The notes under the pieces: generated by a model
Told to the model about the DNA's origin: nothing
What the model saw: only the letters and a program-made list of their open reading frames with translations
Database searches by the model: none
Shown: positions 17,803-28,728 of the stretch, one piece after another
Numbering within the stretch: position 1 is the first letter of the stretch
Layout: the number at the start of each line of letters is the position of its first letter
NCBI GenBank assembly: GCA_051658845.1
Contig: JBOFNI010000109.1
Coordinates: 153-64,152, forward strand
DNA from: Brevinema sp.
GTDB lineage: Bacteria; Spirochaetota; Brevinematia; Brevinematales; Brevinemataceae
Direction: 5' to 3'
DNA length: 64,000 bases
Position numbers and translations under genes: made by a program

Positions 17803-18981
17803 ATGGATATTAATTTTTCGGAGATCAAACAAAAATTGACTCAAGAATTCTTTAATCAATACCAATATAATCAAGATCTTATATTTACTTTCGCTCCTGG
17901 ACGGGTCAATATTATCGGAGAGCATACAGACTACAATGGAGGGAATGTTTTTCCCATAGCAATTAATATGGGAACATTTTTAGCAATCGCACCTCGTACG
18001 GATAAAATAGTACGATGTTATTCGATGAATTTTCCAGAAATCGGTGTTTTAGAGTTTTCTTTAGAGAATCTTCCCCAATCTACCGATTGGAACAAATTCC
18101 TTATTGCCAGTATTAAAGCTCTTAAAGACCAACATCATAAAATTTTAGAACATGGATTTGATATTATCGTATATGGTAATATTCCGGATGGAGCGGGATT
18201 ATCATCCTCAGCTTCTTTAGAAGTAGCAATTATTTACGCTCTTAACAGTTTATATCAATTAGCATTAGATCAAATCCAAATAGCTCTTACCGCCCAAAAA
18301 GCAGAGCATATTGTCGGAGTAAATTGCGGTATTATGGATCAATTTGCCTCTGCTATGGGCAAAAAAGATCATGCTATTTTATTAGACTGTAATACTCTTA
18401 AATACACCTATGTTCCTTTTGATTTAGGAACGTATAGTTTGATTATTATCGATTCAAAAAAACAAAGACAGCTTCATGATTCCAAATATAACGAAAGAAG
18501 AGCCGAATGTGAGAAAGCGATTGAATACCTATATCCACATACCCAAATTACCCATCTCGGTGAACTTTCTGAACAACAGTTTGAAAAATATCAACAATAT
18601 ATTTCCGACTCCACCATTCTAAAAAGAGCAAAGCATGCCGTTAGCGAAAATCAACGAACACTATATGCGTTGGACAGTCTTCGAGATAACGATATTTTTT
18701 TATTAGGAGAATTATTAAATGCCTCCCACCTATCTCTAAAAGATGATTATGAAGTAACAGGTGTAGAATTAGATACTCTTACAGAGATTATTCGGTCATA
18801 TCCTGGTGTTTTGGGTGCCAGAATGACCGGTGCAGGATTTGGGGGATGCTGTATTGCTATCGTTCCTACACCAAGTGTTGAGTCATTAATTGAATTTACT
18901 CAAAAGGAATACTTTCAACGTACTCATTTACAAGCCCAGTTTTATAGAGCATCTGCCGAAGACGGAGCACACCATTTTTAG
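17803..18981 (+). CDS. galK: galactokinase
   Basis: GRVNIIGEHTDYNGG (galactokinase signature) and GHMP motif PDGAGLSSSASLEVA. AGGAG 7 nt upstream of the ATG at 17803. Confidence 0.93.
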   Translation: MDINFSEIKQKLTQEFFNQYQYNQDLIFTFAPGRVNIIGEHTDYNGGNVFPIAINMGTFLAIAPRTDKIVRCYSMNFPEIGVLEFSLENLPQSTDWNKFLIASIKALKDQHHKILEHGFDIIVYGNIPDGAGLSSSASLEVAIIYALNSLYQLALDQIQIALTAQKAEHIVGVNCGIMDQFASAMGKKDHAILLDCNTLKYTYVPFDLGTYSLIIIDSKKQRQLHDSKYNERRAECEKAIEYLYPHTQITHLGELSEQQFEKYQQYISDSTILKRAKHAVSENQRTLYALDSLRDNDIFLLGELLNASHLSLKDDYEVTGVELDTLTEIIRSYPGVLGARMTGAGFGGCCIAIVPTPSVESLIEFTQKEYFQRTHLQAQFYRASAEDGAHHF

Positions 18982-18990
18982 GATTGCATT

Positions 18991-20445
18991 ATGTTTGACA
19001 ATATTATCCATTACGCTTTAAGTAAAAAACTTATTACTAAAAGAGATATTCCTTATATTATTAATAGCTTAGCAGAAATATTAGAAATTCCCAATCCGTT
19101 CCAACAAGATAATCAACAAACTACAGATGGTATTGATTCTATTTTAGCTCCTCTATTAATACAAGCAGAAAAAAGAGGGATTCTCAAATCACTACACCCC
19201 GATTTTTCAGACTTACTGGATACAAAAATTATGGGAGTGTTCTGCGATAAACCTTCAATAATCCAACATAAATTTGAGCAATTTTCAACCACATTAGATG
19301 CTACTCAGTGGTTTTATCAATATAATATTGATATTAATTATATCCGTATGCAACGAATTCAAAAAAATATTCAATGGAAGTATGATTCTCCTTACGGTGA
19401 ATTAGAAATTACAATCAACCTATCTAAACCAGAAAAAGACCCCCTTTTAATAGCTACCCAAAAAAAACAGCAACAAAACAACTATCCCCTTTGTGTCTTA
19501 TGTAAAGAAAATGAAGGCTATTTTGGCAATATTTCCCATCCAGCACGGCAAAATCTCCGTTTAATTGAAATTACCCTGAATCAAGAAAGTTGGTATTTTC
19601 AGTACTCACCTTATATTTATTACCCTCATCATAGTATTCTCCTATCTTCAGAGCATCGCCCTATGGTGATTAATAAAAAAACATTTCAAAATTTGTTATT
19701 ATTTTTAGATCAATTTCCTCATTATTTTATTGGTTCAAACGCTGATCTTCCTATTGTAGGAGGTTCTATTTTATCCCATGACCACTATCAAGCAGGAATG
19801 CACACCTTCCCTCTCAATAATGCAATTCCGATAAAACAATATATGATTAATAACGTAAGCTGTTCCCTCCTAAAATGGCCTCTTAATGTTATCCTTTTAT
19901 CTTCTACCGATAAAGATACTCTCGTAAACTATGCAAATTCTCTCTTATCATTTTGGAAAAACTATAGTAATCCTACATTAGGTATTTTTTCTCATACGGA
20001 TGACATACCCCATCATACGATTACTCCTATTGCACGAAAGCATAAAGAGAACTATGAATTATACTTAACACTGAGAAATAACTATACAACTAAAGAACAT
20101 CCTCTAGGAGTTTTTCATCCCCATTCGGAACACCACCATATCAAAAAAGAAAATATTGGTCTTATCGAAGTATTAGGCTTAGCTATCTTACCCGGACGGC
20201 TTAAAACCGAAATTCAATTCATGAAACAATACTTGCTCCAAAATATAGATAATCCTGATATTGATATACACAAAGAATGGCTTGATCAGATTAAGACAAA
20301 CCACCAATTCACCGAACAAAATATTGACCAACTATTACAACAAGAAATTGGATTTGTCTATAGTCAAGTACTAGAAAATTGTGGAGTATTTAAACATATT
20401 GATGATTTTGATGATTTTATTAATCATTGGATTGTATCCGAATAA
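18991..20445 (+). CDS. galT: UDP-glucose--hexose-1-phosphate uridylyltransferase (long, type 2 GalT)
   Basis: 484 aa, matching the ~490-aa type 2 GalT found next to galK. Position between galK and galM. Confidence 0.8.
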   Translation: MFDNIIHYALSKKLITKRDIPYIINSLAEILEIPNPFQQDNQQTTDGIDSILAPLLIQAEKRGILKSLHPDFSDLLDTKIMGVFCDKPSIIQHKFEQFSTTLDATQWFYQYNIDINYIRMQRIQKNIQWKYDSPYGELEITINLSKPEKDPLLIATQKKQQQNNYPLCVLCKENEGYFGNISHPARQNLRLIEITLNQESWYFQYSPYIYYPHHSILLSSEHRPMVINKKTFQNLLLFLDQFPHYFIGSNADLPIVGGSILSHDHYQAGMHTFPLNNAIPIKQYMINNVSCSLLKWPLNVILLSSTDKDTLVNYANSLLSFWKNYSNPTLGIFSHTDDIPHHTITPIARKHKENYELYLTLRNNYTTKEHPLGVFHPHSEHHHIKKENIGLIEVLGLAILPGRLKTEIQFMKQYLLQNIDNPDIDIHKEWLDQIKTNHQFTEQNIDQLLQQEIGFVYSQVLENCGVFKHIDDFDDFINHWIVSE

Positions 20446-20456
20446 AGGAGTTCTTT

Positions 20457-21470
20457 ATGAAAAAACAAATTTTTGATCAGCAAGAAGGTATTTATAAGTA
20501 TACAATGGAAAATAGTAATCTCCGTGTTTCTATTTTAAATTATGGAGGTATTGTTCAGGAAATCCTCTGTCCAGATATCCAAAACGTTTGGGAAAATATC
20601 GTCCTTGGATATGATCACTTTCATTCCTATCAATCCAATATTCCCTATTTTGGATGTATTGTTGGTAGAACAGCAGGACGGATTCCAAATGGTATTTTTC
20701 AACTTGAAGGGAAAGAATATCACCTAGCGACAAATTCTTCTAATAATCATTTACACGGAGGTCTTTCTGGATTGGATAAACGACTTTGGCAAGAAGAAGA
20801 ATTTACCGATTCCCGTCTTGTTTTATCCTATACTTCCCCACATAAAGAAGAAAATTATCCGGGAAATGTGAACATTCTTCTTACTTATCAATTAATAGAA
20901 AATGCACTCGAATGGAGCATTGAAGCAACAACAGATCAAACAACCATTCTAAATCTTACCAATCACAGCTATTTTAACTTATCTGCTGGTAAATCTTTAG
21001 GGATTGATCAACTCCTCCAATTAGATAGTAATTTGTTCTTTGAATTAAATGATAATTTAATTCCTACAGGAGAATTATTATCTCCACACCAAACTCCTTT
21101 TGATTTTCGCTCTTTCAAAGCCATCAAACAAGATCTCTATGCTCAGGATATTCAGTTAAAAACAGCTGGAGGTTACGATCATTGCTTTCTCCTCAATGAC
21201 AACCCTATTCTATTAAGAGATGAATCCAGTAGAAGACAATTAACGATTCACACCAACCAACTATCCTGTGTATTTTATTCGGGAAACTTTTTAACAGACA
21301 TAATGCCCCATCTTTCCCACAACCTGTCTTGTCGACAACATATTGGTATCTGTTTAGAAACTCAAGCGCCTCCAAACAGTATTAATATGCCTAAATACCG
21401 AGATCTTGTCATTCTAGATCCTGAAGAAATTTATCGTCATGAAAATATCTGGAGTTTTTCTACTTATTAA
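20457..21470 (+). CDS. galM: aldose 1-epimerase (mutarotase)
   Basis: ..NNHLHGGLSGLDKRLW.. and ..LTNHSYFNL.. are GalM motifs. AGGAG RBS before the ATG at 20457. Confidence 0.88.
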   Translation: MKKQIFDQQEGIYKYTMENSNLRVSILNYGGIVQEILCPDIQNVWENIVLGYDHFHSYQSNIPYFGCIVGRTAGRIPNGIFQLEGKEYHLATNSSNNHLHGGLSGLDKRLWQEEEFTDSRLVLSYTSPHKEENYPGNVNILLTYQLIENALEWSIEATTDQTTILNLTNHSYFNLSAGKSLGIDQLLQLDSNLFFELNDNLIPTGELLSPHQTPFDFRSFKAIKQDLYAQDIQLKTAGGYDHCFLLNDNPILLRDESSRRQLTIHTNQLSCVFYSGNFLTDIMPHLSHNLSCRQHIGICLETQAPPNSINMPKYRDLVILDPEEIYRHENIWSFSTY

Positions 21471-21723
21471 GTATAATTCTTATTAAAAATACGATACTTA
21501 TTAAGGATAGAATGTTCAATAGTCATAACCAACTAAATAATATAAAATATTACAATCACTATCTTTTTAATCTTTTTCTCTTTTATAAATTAATCAATAA
21601 TAAAACCTTATTTTTAACAATTAATTCCTCTACTACCATATTTTCTTACCAAGCTTCTTTTATTATTAGCTCTAAATCTTAACAGAGTAACATCTAATAC
21701 AAAATATGTTTATCTTCTCCTAT

Positions 21724-22287
21724 TGTCATGCGTCGATTGGTTTATTGACACATTATAAGTATTTATATAATAAATAAATAGGTATTATTTTATAAAATTA
21801 AGTCGGACATTGATAAATATTTTTTGTAAAATTTCAGAAACCCTTCGTTGTCTTTTCATACCGATAGATGATAAGGTTATTTTTTATATTTTTATTAAAT
21901 TTGTGCCAAAAGAAGTCGGACATTATGTTATATCCATCTTGACAGACATTTTTATTATTTCCCAGTACGAAGAGAGAGAATATTCAGTTGCAAGAGTAGA
22001 AATCAAGATCCCGGAATGCCATCTTTGAGGATTTCTTGGTTTCTCTTGATTCTTTTAATAGAATTGAGAAAGGGAATCCATACTTTTTTAGTGGCAAAAA
22101 AGTAAAAGAAGGTCAGCACGTCTTCTTTGTTTAGAACCTCTTCGAGTATAAAGTCAATTATTAAAGTTTTTTCAATTTTCTATACAATTCTCTCTAGAGT
22201 TCTATAGTTTTTTCTATTTTCTTTTGATTAATTATTATCCTGTGTCAATCCATTTGTCCCTTTAGCGCCAATCCACACAGTCTATAA
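21724..22287 (-). mobile_element. decayed TIR-bounded repeat element, copy B (inverted relative to copy A)
   Basis: Reverse complement aligns with 3981-4800. Termini TGTCATGCGTCGATTGGTTT at 21724 and GCCAATCCACACAGTCTATAA at 22267-22287; the latter matches rc of 3981-4001 at 18/21. No intact ORF. Confidence 0.6.
21923..22146 (-). pseudogene. frameshifted remnant of a Mor/CD3324-type small HTH activator gene (copy B)
   Basis: rc translation LEEVLNKEDVLTFFYFFATKKVWIPFLNSIKRIKRNQEILKDGIPGS*, then in another frame ATEYSLSSYWEIIKM... This fits the ..(Y/W)IP....R.eRN.eI...f.G...LA.eY.LS...iy.Ii. pattern, but is broken by a frameshift and lacks a start. Confidence 0.35.
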
Positions 22288-22519
22288 CACCTATTTATTA
22301 TATTATTTTTATTTAAATATATATTTAATAAACAATTAAATGATTTTTTAAATAGAATCAAAATTTTATTGTGTTTTTTTATATTTATGATATAATTAAT
22401 AAAGTTATTTAAATAAAGTTGTTTAACTAATTAAAAATCACTAATTTAACAATTGATTATATAATCCAACTTAACATAAAAAATACAAAACAATATTTTT
22501 TAAAATAAAGGAGAGTTCA

Positions 22520-23839
22520 ATGGCACTATTTAAAGATGTCGATACAGTCCAATATGAAGGCAGTAACAGTAGAAATCCCTATGCCTTTAAGCATTACCAT
22601 GCTGATCAAAAAATCGCAGATAAGACGATGAAAGAATGGCTTCCTTTTTCTATGACGTGGTGGCATACCTTATCTGCCGGAGGTAGAGATCCGTTTGGAG
22701 TCGAAACAGCCAATAGACCGTGGAATAATCTTTCGCCAATGCAAGCATCTGAAATGCGTGTAGAAGCAGGATTTGAATTCATGGAAAAATTAGGGATCAA
22801 TTATTTCTGTTTTCATGACCGAGATATTGCCCCTGAAGGTGAAAACTTACTTGAATCTAATAAATACTTTGACCATATATCAGAGTTAATTGCCGAACAG
22901 ATGAAACGCACCAACAAAAAACTATTATGGGGAACAGCTAGTTTATTTACTAATCCTATCTATATGCACGGTGCAGCGACATCTCCAAATGCTGATGTAT
23001 TTGCAATGGCTTGTGCACAAACAAAAAAAGCTCTTGAAATCACCCATAAGCTGGATGGTCAAGGATACGTTTTTTGGGGAGGGCGAGAAGGTTACGAAAC
23101 TCTCCTCAACACCGATATCAAAAAAGAGCAGGATCACTTGGCTTATTTCCTTCAAATGGCTATAGACTATAAAGAAAAAATAGGATTTAAAGGAAAATTC
23201 TTCCTTGAACCCAAACCAAAAGAGCCTACTAAACACCAGTATGATTTTGATGTTTCCACCTGTTTAGAATTCTTACATAAATACCAACTTGAAAATTATT
23301 TTACCATTAATATTGAAGTAAATCATGCTACATTATCAGGACATACCGTGCATCATGAGATTAATTTAGCCCGTATTAACAATATGTGGGGGTCAATGGA
23401 TATTAATTTTGGAGATCCTCTATTAGGTTGGGATACAGATCAATTTCCAACAAATATCTATGACGCAACACTCATTATGTATGAACTCATACAACAGAAA
23501 GGATTTACCCATGGAGGCCTTAACTTTGACGCAAAAGTTAGAAGAGGATCTCATACCATGAACGATCTTGTAGCATCATACATTGCAGGAATGGATACTT
23601 TGGCATGGGGATTAAAAGCTGCCGATCTCATGATAAAAGATGGATATTTTGCTAATAACATTAAAAATCGATACAATTCTTATCAATCGGGAATTGGTGC
23701 TAAGATTGATACTCAACAAGTATCTTTTGAAGAATTAGAAAACTACGCTCTTAACTTAAATAAAATAGTTTTAGAAAGTGGCAAACAAGAAATATTAGAA
23801 GCCGAGTTAAACCAATTTATTTGGAATTCAGCTCGTTAA
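22520..23839 (+). CDS. xylA: xylose isomerase
   Basis: 439 aa with FCFHDRDIAPEG, WGGREGY and LEPKPKEPTKHQYDFD motifs. GGAG RBS. Confidence 0.95.
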   Translation: MALFKDVDTVQYEGSNSRNPYAFKHYHADQKIADKTMKEWLPFSMTWWHTLSAGGRDPFGVETANRPWNNLSPMQASEMRVEAGFEFMEKLGINYFCFHDRDIAPEGENLLESNKYFDHISELIAEQMKRTNKKLLWGTASLFTNPIYMHGAATSPNADVFAMACAQTKKALEITHKLDGQGYVFWGGREGYETLLNTDIKKEQDHLAYFLQMAIDYKEKIGFKGKFFLEPKPKEPTKHQYDFDVSTCLEFLHKYQLENYFTINIEVNHATLSGHTVHHEINLARINNMWGSMDINFGDPLLGWDTDQFPTNIYDATLIMYELIQQKGFTHGGLNFDAKVRRGSHTMNDLVASYIAGMDTLAWGLKAADLMIKDGYFANNIKNRYNSYQSGIGAKIDTQQVSFEELENYALNLNKIVLESGKQEILEAELNQFIWNSAR

Positions 23840-23956
23840 TTACAGAGACTGAAATAGTATTAGTTAATACTCTAAAAATGGTAATATTATTAGAAAAATG
23901 ATTTTTTATCATTTAACAAAAATAAAGTAAATACTTAAAAATAGAAGGAGTGCAAT

Positions 23957-25963
23957 ATGGGTATGATTTATCAAGAACAAAACACTTTAGTATGGAAAAA
24001 TGGACATGAAATTTTAAAGATTAAACCTTGGGGAGAAAAATCATTTCGAATTAGTGTTATCAAAAAATATGGATATCAGCCTGATGATTTTTGTTTACTA
24101 CCTCAAAGTCAACGAATAGGAGACATTATAATATCCTCAGACAAAAAACTAGGAACAATAATATTTAATTCTTTACGTGCAGAGATTACTGAAGGAGGTG
24201 TTATATCATTTTACGATCAAAATTCACCTCATCCTTTTTTAAAAGAAAGTAATATCCGTAGAGGAAACGTCAACCATCCTAGATATTTTCTTACTCAGGG
24301 TAACGATAATTTTAGTATTACCCAGTCATTCTGCACCGATGATACAGAAAAATTCTATGGAGGTGGACAATTTACCCACGGTATGCTTAATCAAAAAGGT
24401 TGTATTCTTGATATGAGACAAAGAAATATGGAAGTAACAATCCCTTTTGTAGTATCAAATAAAAAATACGGTTTCCTATGGAATAATCCTTCTATTGGTC
24501 GTGTCGAATTTGGTCGAGAAAACACTCGATGGATATCAAATTCTACAAAGCAAATCGACTATATCGTTATCAAAGCAGATTCTTATGCTGATATTCACAA
24601 AGAATACTCTGAGCTTACCGGATACAGCCCCATGATGCGTGAAGATGTTATGGGTTTTTGGCAATGTAAACTACGATATCGAAATCAAGAAGAATTACTG
24701 AAGGTTGCAAGAGAGTATAAAGCACGTAATATTCCCTTAGATGTAATTGTTATTGATTTTTTTAATTGGTTTCGTATGGGAGACTTTGAATTTAATAAAA
24801 AAGCTTGGCCAGATCCCAAAACAATGATCAAAGAACTTTCTGAAATGGGTATAAAAGTGATGGTTTCGATATGGCCTTGTGCTAATGAAAATAGTGAAAA
24901 TTATGATGAAATGAAAGAACAGGGATACTTATTATTAACAGAACGGGGTATCGATGCCGCAGGTCAAACTTTTGGAGACGCAGATATGCCTGGACGCAGG
25001 AATTTAGCATATTTTGATCCTTCTACCACTGAAGCACGGTCTTATATTTGGAACAAAATGAAAAAAGGATTTTTTGATTACGGTATCGACTTATTTTGGC
25101 TTGATGCATGTGAACCAGAACTCCGACCATCTCATCAAGATCATTTCCGGATGGCTATTGGAAATATGGAAGAATATGGAAATATATACCCTTATTTCTA
25201 TGAACAAGCATTTTATGAAGGAATGTTAAATGCCGGAGTTTCCCATCCTCTTAATCTGTGTCGCTCTGCATGGGCAGGCTCTCAACGATTTGGAGTTGTC
25301 CTATGGTCAGGCGATGTAATGAGTAATTTTGAAGACTTTCGAGCACAACTTCCTGCTGCACTTAATACCTCCATGAGTGGTCTTCCTTGGTGGACTTCTG
25401 ATATTGGTGGTTTTTATGGTGCAGATGTGAAATCTCCAGAATTTCATGAGCTTTTTATACGATGGTTTCAATTCGCCTTATTTTGCCCAATTTTTAGACT
25501 TCATGGTTACCGAAAATTATTAAAAGATGTTCAGTTTGGAAAAGCAGGGTATGATGCTTCTAACGATACAGGTGAAGATAATGAAGTATGGTCGTATACT
25601 AATCAAGTATATGAAATAGCCAAAGATCTTATCCTGATCCGAGAAAAAATGAAGCCCTACATAAAAACTCACATGGAAATCGCCCATACTAAGGGAATTC
25701 CTCCAATGAGACCGGTATTTTACGATTTTGAACATGATCCAGAAGCTTATCAAGCTGAAGAACAATTTTTATTTGGTACTGATATTCTAGTTGCACCGGT
25801 AATGTATCAAGGAGCTACAGATAAAAAAATCTACCTCCCTCTAGGCGCTTATTGGACTCACCAAAAAAACAATAAAAAATATACTGGAGGTCAATGGATC
25901 AAGATACCCGTTGATATTCAAGATATTCCAATATTCTTCAAAAATAATGCTAAACCATTTTAA
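23957..25963 (+). CDS. glycoside hydrolase family 31 enzyme, probable alpha-xylosidase
   Basis: 668 aa. GH31-type nucleophile region IDLFWLDACEPE, then ..WSGDV...F..L.. and WWTSDIGGF. Function inferred from its position next to xylA. Confidence 0.75.
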   Translation: MGMIYQEQNTLVWKNGHEILKIKPWGEKSFRISVIKKYGYQPDDFCLLPQSQRIGDIIISSDKKLGTIIFNSLRAEITEGGVISFYDQNSPHPFLKESNIRRGNVNHPRYFLTQGNDNFSITQSFCTDDTEKFYGGGQFTHGMLNQKGCILDMRQRNMEVTIPFVVSNKKYGFLWNNPSIGRVEFGRENTRWISNSTKQIDYIVIKADSYADIHKEYSELTGYSPMMREDVMGFWQCKLRYRNQEELLKVAREYKARNIPLDVIVIDFFNWFRMGDFEFNKKAWPDPKTMIKELSEMGIKVMVSIWPCANENSENYDEMKEQGYLLLTERGIDAAGQTFGDADMPGRRNLAYFDPSTTEARSYIWNKMKKGFFDYGIDLFWLDACEPELRPSHQDHFRMAIGNMEEYGNIYPYFYEQAFYEGMLNAGVSHPLNLCRSAWAGSQRFGVVLWSGDVMSNFEDFRAQLPAALNTSMSGLPWWTSDIGGFYGADVKSPEFHELFIRWFQFALFCPIFRLHGYRKLLKDVQFGKAGYDASNDTGEDNEVWSYTNQVYEIAKDLILIREKMKPYIKTHMEIAHTKGIPPMRPVFYDFEHDPEAYQAEEQFLFGTDILVAPVMYQGATDKKIYLPLGAYWTHQKNNKKYTGGQWIKIPVDIQDIPIFFKNNAKPF

Positions 25964-25991
25964 TGTATATTTTATATAAAAGGGGTAAAAA

Positions 25992-27581
25992 ATGTTTATA
26001 TTAATTAGTTTTCTTATCAGTACAATCTTCGTTATCGGATTAACAATATATCTAACAAAATCAGAAGACACTTCCAGCTCTACAGGATATTTTCTTGCCG
26101 GTAGAACTCTTACTGCATTACCTATAGCAATGTCTTTAGTTATGACCAATCTTAGTGCTACCCAAATTGTAGGCTTGCCCGGTCAAGTATATGGTCCAGC
26201 AAATATGCAACCTATTGGATGGGAAATAGGGCTTGTACCTGTTTTTATTTTTATCTGTCTTTACCTACTACCTCGCTATTTAAAACAAGGAGTATATACT
26301 ACACTTGATTTTTTTGCTTTACGTTATGATAAACAAATGATGTTAATGGGTTCATGGCTCTATTTTTTTTATGGGTTACTACATACAGCTACAGCATTAT
26401 TTGCTGGATCTATTGCTATGGTTAGTATTTTTCAATTAGGTAATCTATTCCCTGGAATTGAGCTTAATACCCTAATTATCCTTATTGCATTTATTCTAAC
26501 AATTATTTCCGCATTCTTTGCAATATCTGGCGGATTAAGAACAGTCGTCGTTTCGGATACAATTTATGGAACTATGCTTATCCTTATTGGGATTTTTGTT
26601 CCTATTCTTGCATTGATTTACTTAGGTGAGGGTAATATGGTTAAAGGATTTGAGAATATTCTTATTACTAACCCTGAGAAATTCAATGCAATTGGAGGTG
26701 CTGAAGAGACTTGGCCATTCCCTACCGTATTTACAGGTATGATAATTGTCCATACATTTTTTTGGGGCTTCAATCAAACTGTAGTCCAACGAGTCTTAGG
26801 AACAAAAAACCTTGCCGAAGGTCAAAAAGCCTATATGATCGCTGGTTTTCTAAAGTTAACAATTCCTCCTATTATGATTCTCCTACCTGGAATAATTGCA
26901 TATACGATTTTCCAAGGTAAGGAGTTTACAAATAATGATTTTGTTTATGGAGAGCTCGTTAATCTTGTCTTACCAACTCCGATTATTGGGATTTTTGCAG
27001 CAACACTTTTTGGTGCTATTATTAGTACTGTAAATAGTGGATTAAACAGTGTTTCTTCAAATCTTGTAATGAATATTTTCCGTAAACCCAGTTACAGTGA
27101 TAAGTATCTAGCATCTATGGGGAGAAGGGTCACATTTTTAGTTGCTATTATCGCTTGTTTGAGCGTATATTTTCTACTAAATTTTGAAGGTGGTGTATTT
27201 CTATTAATTCAAAAAATATCTGGTTATTTCCTTCCTCCTCTATTTTTTACAATACTTTTAGGATATCTCTCCTCAAGAGCTCCAGCAATTGCTGCAAAAA
27301 TTGGATTTTTCTTTTACCTTATTATGTACATTTTATTAGTTGACGTATTTAGAATAAATGTCCATTATTTATATATTATGACAGGATTATCAATCGCAAT
27401 GTTCGCTCTTATGCTTATAATTAGATACATCAAACCTCGCTCAGAAAAATTTGTACTAGTAGACAAACATGTGATCGATACCCAAGAAAATTGGAAAGGA
27501 CTAAAATGGTCGTCAATCGGTCTGATGACTTTAATGATCCTATACTATATTATCCTATCTCCTATAGGAATTGCTAAATAA
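25992..27581 (+). CDS. sodium:solute symporter (SSS) family transporter
   Basis: 529-aa polytopic protein, N-terminus ..YFLAGRTLTALPIAMSLVMTNLSATQIVGLPG.. typical of the SSS family. Co-oriented with GH31. Confidence 0.75.
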   Translation: MFILISFLISTIFVIGLTIYLTKSEDTSSSTGYFLAGRTLTALPIAMSLVMTNLSATQIVGLPGQVYGPANMQPIGWEIGLVPVFIFICLYLLPRYLKQGVYTTLDFFALRYDKQMMLMGSWLYFFYGLLHTATALFAGSIAMVSIFQLGNLFPGIELNTLIILIAFILTIISAFFAISGGLRTVVVSDTIYGTMLILIGIFVPILALIYLGEGNMVKGFENILITNPEKFNAIGGAEETWPFPTVFTGMIIVHTFFWGFNQTVVQRVLGTKNLAEGQKAYMIAGFLKLTIPPIMILLPGIIAYTIFQGKEFTNNDFVYGELVNLVLPTPIIGIFAATLFGAIISTVNSGLNSVSSNLVMNIFRKPSYSDKYLASMGRRVTFLVAIIACLSVYFLLNFEGGVFLLIQKISGYFLPPLFFTILLGYLSSRAPAIAAKIGFFFYLIMYILLVDVFRINVHYLYIMTGLSIAMFALMLIIRYIKPRSEKFVLVDKHVIDTQENWKGLKWSSIGLMTLMILYYIILSPIGIAK

Positions 27582-27591
27582 AGTACCAAAT

Positions 27592-27629
27592 AAAAAAAGA
27601 CTCCTCTTAATTATAAGAGGAGTCTTTTT
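27592..27629. terminator. bidirectional rho-independent terminator (symporter / dnaJ convergent)
   Basis: AAAAAAAGACTCCTCTTA-atta-TAAGAGGAGTCTTTTT: 12-bp perfect stem with A-run and T-run flanks. Confidence 0.8.
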
Positions 27630-27631
27630 GA

Positions 27632-28699
27632 TTAAATTGTTTCTCGCATTTCTTTAGCATATGCTTTTAGTAAGTCTTTCGCTTTGCCACTGACTTTTTT
27701 TGGAACTTCAATATGTGCTTCAAAAATCAGATTACCACGCTTTCCTGAACGAACATTAGGTATTCCTTGCCCATCCAAACGAATTCGTTGTCCGGGTTGG
27801 ACTCCTTCAGGAATTTTAATCGTTTTACTGGTCTCCAAAGTTTCGACTTCAACCTCCCCCCCTAAAACAGCTTTCGTAAAAGAAAGAGGAAGTTTGGCGT
27901 ACAGATTATCTCTATCTCTCATAAAGCGACTATCATTCTGTATATGAATATAAATATAGAGATCTCCTCGTATTCCATTAAATGGAGCTGCATGTCCTTC
28001 ACCGCTCAGTCGAACTTTCATTCCTTCATCCACTCCAGCAGGAATTACTGCTGATATTGGTGCTATTTTCATCACTGTACTTTCACCTTTACAGGTTTTA
28101 CAAGGATCACTCACCATTTTTCCGGAACCATGGCATTTTGGACAGGTCTGTGTCATTGCAAAAAAACCTTGACTAACTTGAACTCTTCCCGATCCATGAC
28201 ATGTAGAACACGCTACAGGTTCTTTTTTAGTAGCAGAACCTGTTCCTGAACAAGTACCACATGGTTCTGCTCGATTGAGCTTAATTTCTACTGTTTGTTT
28301 ATAAAGAATATCTTTTAAATGAACAGAAACTTCAGCCTGGATATCAGCACCACGAACTTCTTGAGGGCGTTTTCTTCCCCCACCGCCAAAAAAGTTTTCG
28401 AAGATATCGTCAAAACCACCTCCACCAAATCCTCGAAAAATATCTTCAAAACCACCTGCTCCAGAGAATCCTCCGTTACCTTGGAAAGCTGATTCTCCAT
28501 ATTGGTCGTATAATTTTCGTTTTTCAGGATCAGACAACACTTCATAAGCTTTACCAATTTCTTTAAATTTTTCTTCGGCTTCTTTATTACCAGAATTTTT
28601 ATCCGGATGGTATTTCATCGCCTGTTTACGGAACGCTTTTTTAATTTCGTCCTGGCTTGCTGAATTAGATACACCTAATAACCCATAATAATCTGCCAT
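27632..28699 (-). CDS. dnaJ: molecular chaperone DnaJ
   Basis: J-domain with HPD (KYHPDKN), G/F region, and zinc-finger repeats [32 protein letters not shown]. Confidence 0.95.
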   Translation of the reverse strand: MADYYGLLGVSNSASQDEIKKAFRKQAMKYHPDKNSGNKEAEEKFKEIGKAYEVLSDPEKRKLYDQYGESAFQGNGGFSGAGGFEDIFRGFGGGGFDDIFENFFGGGGRKRPQEVRGADIQAEVSVHLKDILYKQTVEIKLNRAEPCGTCSGTGSATKKEPVACSTCHGSGRVQVSQGFFAMTQTCPKCHGSGKMVSDPCKTCKGESTVMKIAPISAVIPAGVDEGMKVRLSGEGHAAPFNGIRGDLYIYIHIQNDSRFMRDRDNLYAKLPLSFTKAVLGGEVEVETLETSKTIKIPEGVQPGQRIRLDGQGIPNVRSGKRGNLIFEAHIEVPKKVSGKAKDLLKAYAKEMRETI

Positions 28700-28728
28700 T
28701 CAACCCTGCCTTTTATTTTTTTAACATT

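Noticed and set aside
21810-22028. 72-aa + strand ORF inside element copy B.
   Set aside because: It runs antisense to the Mor-like remnant, starts at a non-ATG codon, and the equivalent frame is not open in copy A.
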